This document shows, in pieces, positions 62,729 to 64,000 of a DNA stretch of 64,000 nt. The number at the start of each line of letters is the position of its first letter. Position 1 is the first letter of the stretch. Made by a program: the position numbers and the translations under genes. The stretch is from Fistulifera solaris (Eukaryota): positions 434,001 through 498,000 of the forward strand of contig AP026138.1 of assembly GCA_030295235.1 (NCBI GenBank), given 5' to 3'. A model generated the notes under the pieces. That model searched no databases. It had not been told where the DNA came from and saw nothing but the letters and a program-made list of their open reading frames with translations.

Positions 62729-63823
62729 CTATCTGTACATTTCATTCCATGTTCGAAGCCCACTAGAAACGCCTTCACTTCCGGCATGTGTTCGCTGCGT
62801 CCGTAATCGCTCTTGCTCGTAAGCTGCATCGTCCGTCGGCAGCTCTCGCCGACAATAGGGACATGTATTGTGGGCTTTGAGCCACACCAACGCACAAGAC
62901 TCGTGAAAAATATGCCCGCATTCGGGAAGACGTACAATCGTTTGCGACAACTGAAAATCATCGGTACAAATAACACATTCCTTCGCCTGTTTCTGAATTT
63001 TGAACTGACAGAGCAAGGGTGCCGAAGACTGACGGCACGCGTCCAAAAGTGCACGTGCATCCGCCTGCTTGATCATGACCACCGGAATTGTCAGATTTTC
63101 TCGTTCCGCCTCTTTCGTCGAATCTCGCATCACGTACGGCCACGGCTCCGCCAGATGGTTGCCGATAATGACAGCTTGGGCGCCAGTTTGCTGCGCGACC
63201 AGTGCCTTTCTGGCAAAACTCACACTATCTCCGCGTTCCATGTACAACACGGAAGGTTGTTGTCGAATAGCTTGCTGTGTATTGGCGGATAACTTGTTGC
63301 CTTTGGCAGTTTTCGGTTCAGCTATTGTTAAAGCAGCATTTTCGATACAACACGGCTGAGCGGATCCAAATTCACCAGGAATAGCTTCGCACCGTAACAC
63401 AACACGCTCCGAGTTTCGCAATTCAATCGTCGATGGATGCAAGAAAAGTGTATTTTCCAACACAATTCGCGGTAAGTGTTCCAAAGCTTTTCCCGCCGTG
63501 GCTCGCTGATTGGATGTAGGAGTTTGTTGTATGATTTCGCCTCGTAACATTTCCAAAGATTCCATCAACTCTTGCTGAGCTTGTTGTGTGTCGACTACAC
63601 TTTGTTGCACATGTCGCAACAAATGAGACAAATGCCGGGCATTTTGACGGACATCTTCGACGAGTTCTTCCGGTACGAGTGAATACGGACGGCTTTGTTG
63701 TTGAGTGGCTTGATGTGCCGGAGGACTCGTGAGAGTCGTGCCACAAACCGTGCAGATCGAAGGATGATCGTGGCAGACTTCTTGACAGGAGGGGCAGTAA
63801 ATGTTGCCGGCAGGGATCGTCAT
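62729..63823 (-). CDS. RING-H2 E3 ligase with N-terminal zinc ribbon and PA domain
   Basis: YCPSC...CTVCG, ERGDSVSFARKALVAQQTGAQAVIIGN...IPVVMI (PA) and CVIC...LPECGHIFHESC...W...CPYCR. Confidence 0.88.
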   Translation of the reverse strand: MTIPAGNIYCPSCQEVCHDHPSICTVCGTTLTSPPAHQATQQQSRPYSLVPEELVEDVRQNARHLSHLLRHVQQSVVDTQQAQQELMESLEMLRGEIIQQTPTSNQRATAGKALEHLPRIVLENTLFLHPSTIELRNSERVVLRCEAIPGEFGSAQPCCIENAALTIAEPKTAKGNKLSANTQQAIRQQPSVLYMERGDSVSFARKALVAQQTGAQAVIIGNHLAEPWPYVMRDSTKEAERENLTIPVVMIKQADARALLDACRQSSAPLLCQFKIQKQAKECVICTDDFQLSQTIVRLPECGHIFHESCALVWLKAHNTCPYCRRELPTDDAAYEQERLRTQRTHAGSEGVSSGLRTWNEMYR

Positions 63824-64000
63824 GTGAATTGAGCAATAATGCACCACCAAATTGTAAAAGACTAATGCAACGATATTGCTATAATCTAATTGAATAATGG
63901 GATTGCGAGAAGAAAAGACGATGCGAGAACCACAACGAACAGTAGTATAGTCCTTCAGACCCACCGGCACTCGGCTATGTCTAGGGTCGGAACACAAAAA

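Overview
Gene-dense eukaryotic nuclear DNA, most likely from a diatom. This is inferred from short GT-AG introns (mostly about 50-90 bp), several bipartite signal-peptide/ASAF-like plastid presequences and a diatom-type cyclin. About 31 protein-coding genes were found. Recognisable products include an SDR, UROS/HemD, an ABHD hydrolase, a REX4-like exonuclease, a SAM methyltransferase, an MBL-fold + cNMP-binding protein of the Dictyostelium PdeD/PdeE type and a sulfotransferase. Others are NIT2, a tandem TrmY-like SPOUT protein, RPL24, LeuA, SNW1/SKIP, a potato-I protease inhibitor, IlvA, PanC and a PNUTS-like RRM protein. The rest include a kinesin, a cyclin, an MBOAT, GET4, an inositol 5-phosphatase, a Lon-N protein, V-ATPase C, an FG-GAP protein and a PA-RING E3. 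Many genes carry single-base frameshifts, often in homopolymers, which look like uncorrected long-read errors. The most striking non-coding structure is a ~220-240 bp intergenic repeat family with a conserved hairpin/palindrome core (CCACGACTG-N5-CAGTCATGA(A/G)TCA). It appears as 10 dispersed copies (two monomers and four pairs) and, in diverged form, as a 6-unit tandem array at 33.3-34.7 kb. One dispersed copy carries a 36-bp palindromic insertion with a 6-bp target duplication, and one array unit carries a 21-bp micro-inversion. All calls are by eye; no database searches were run.
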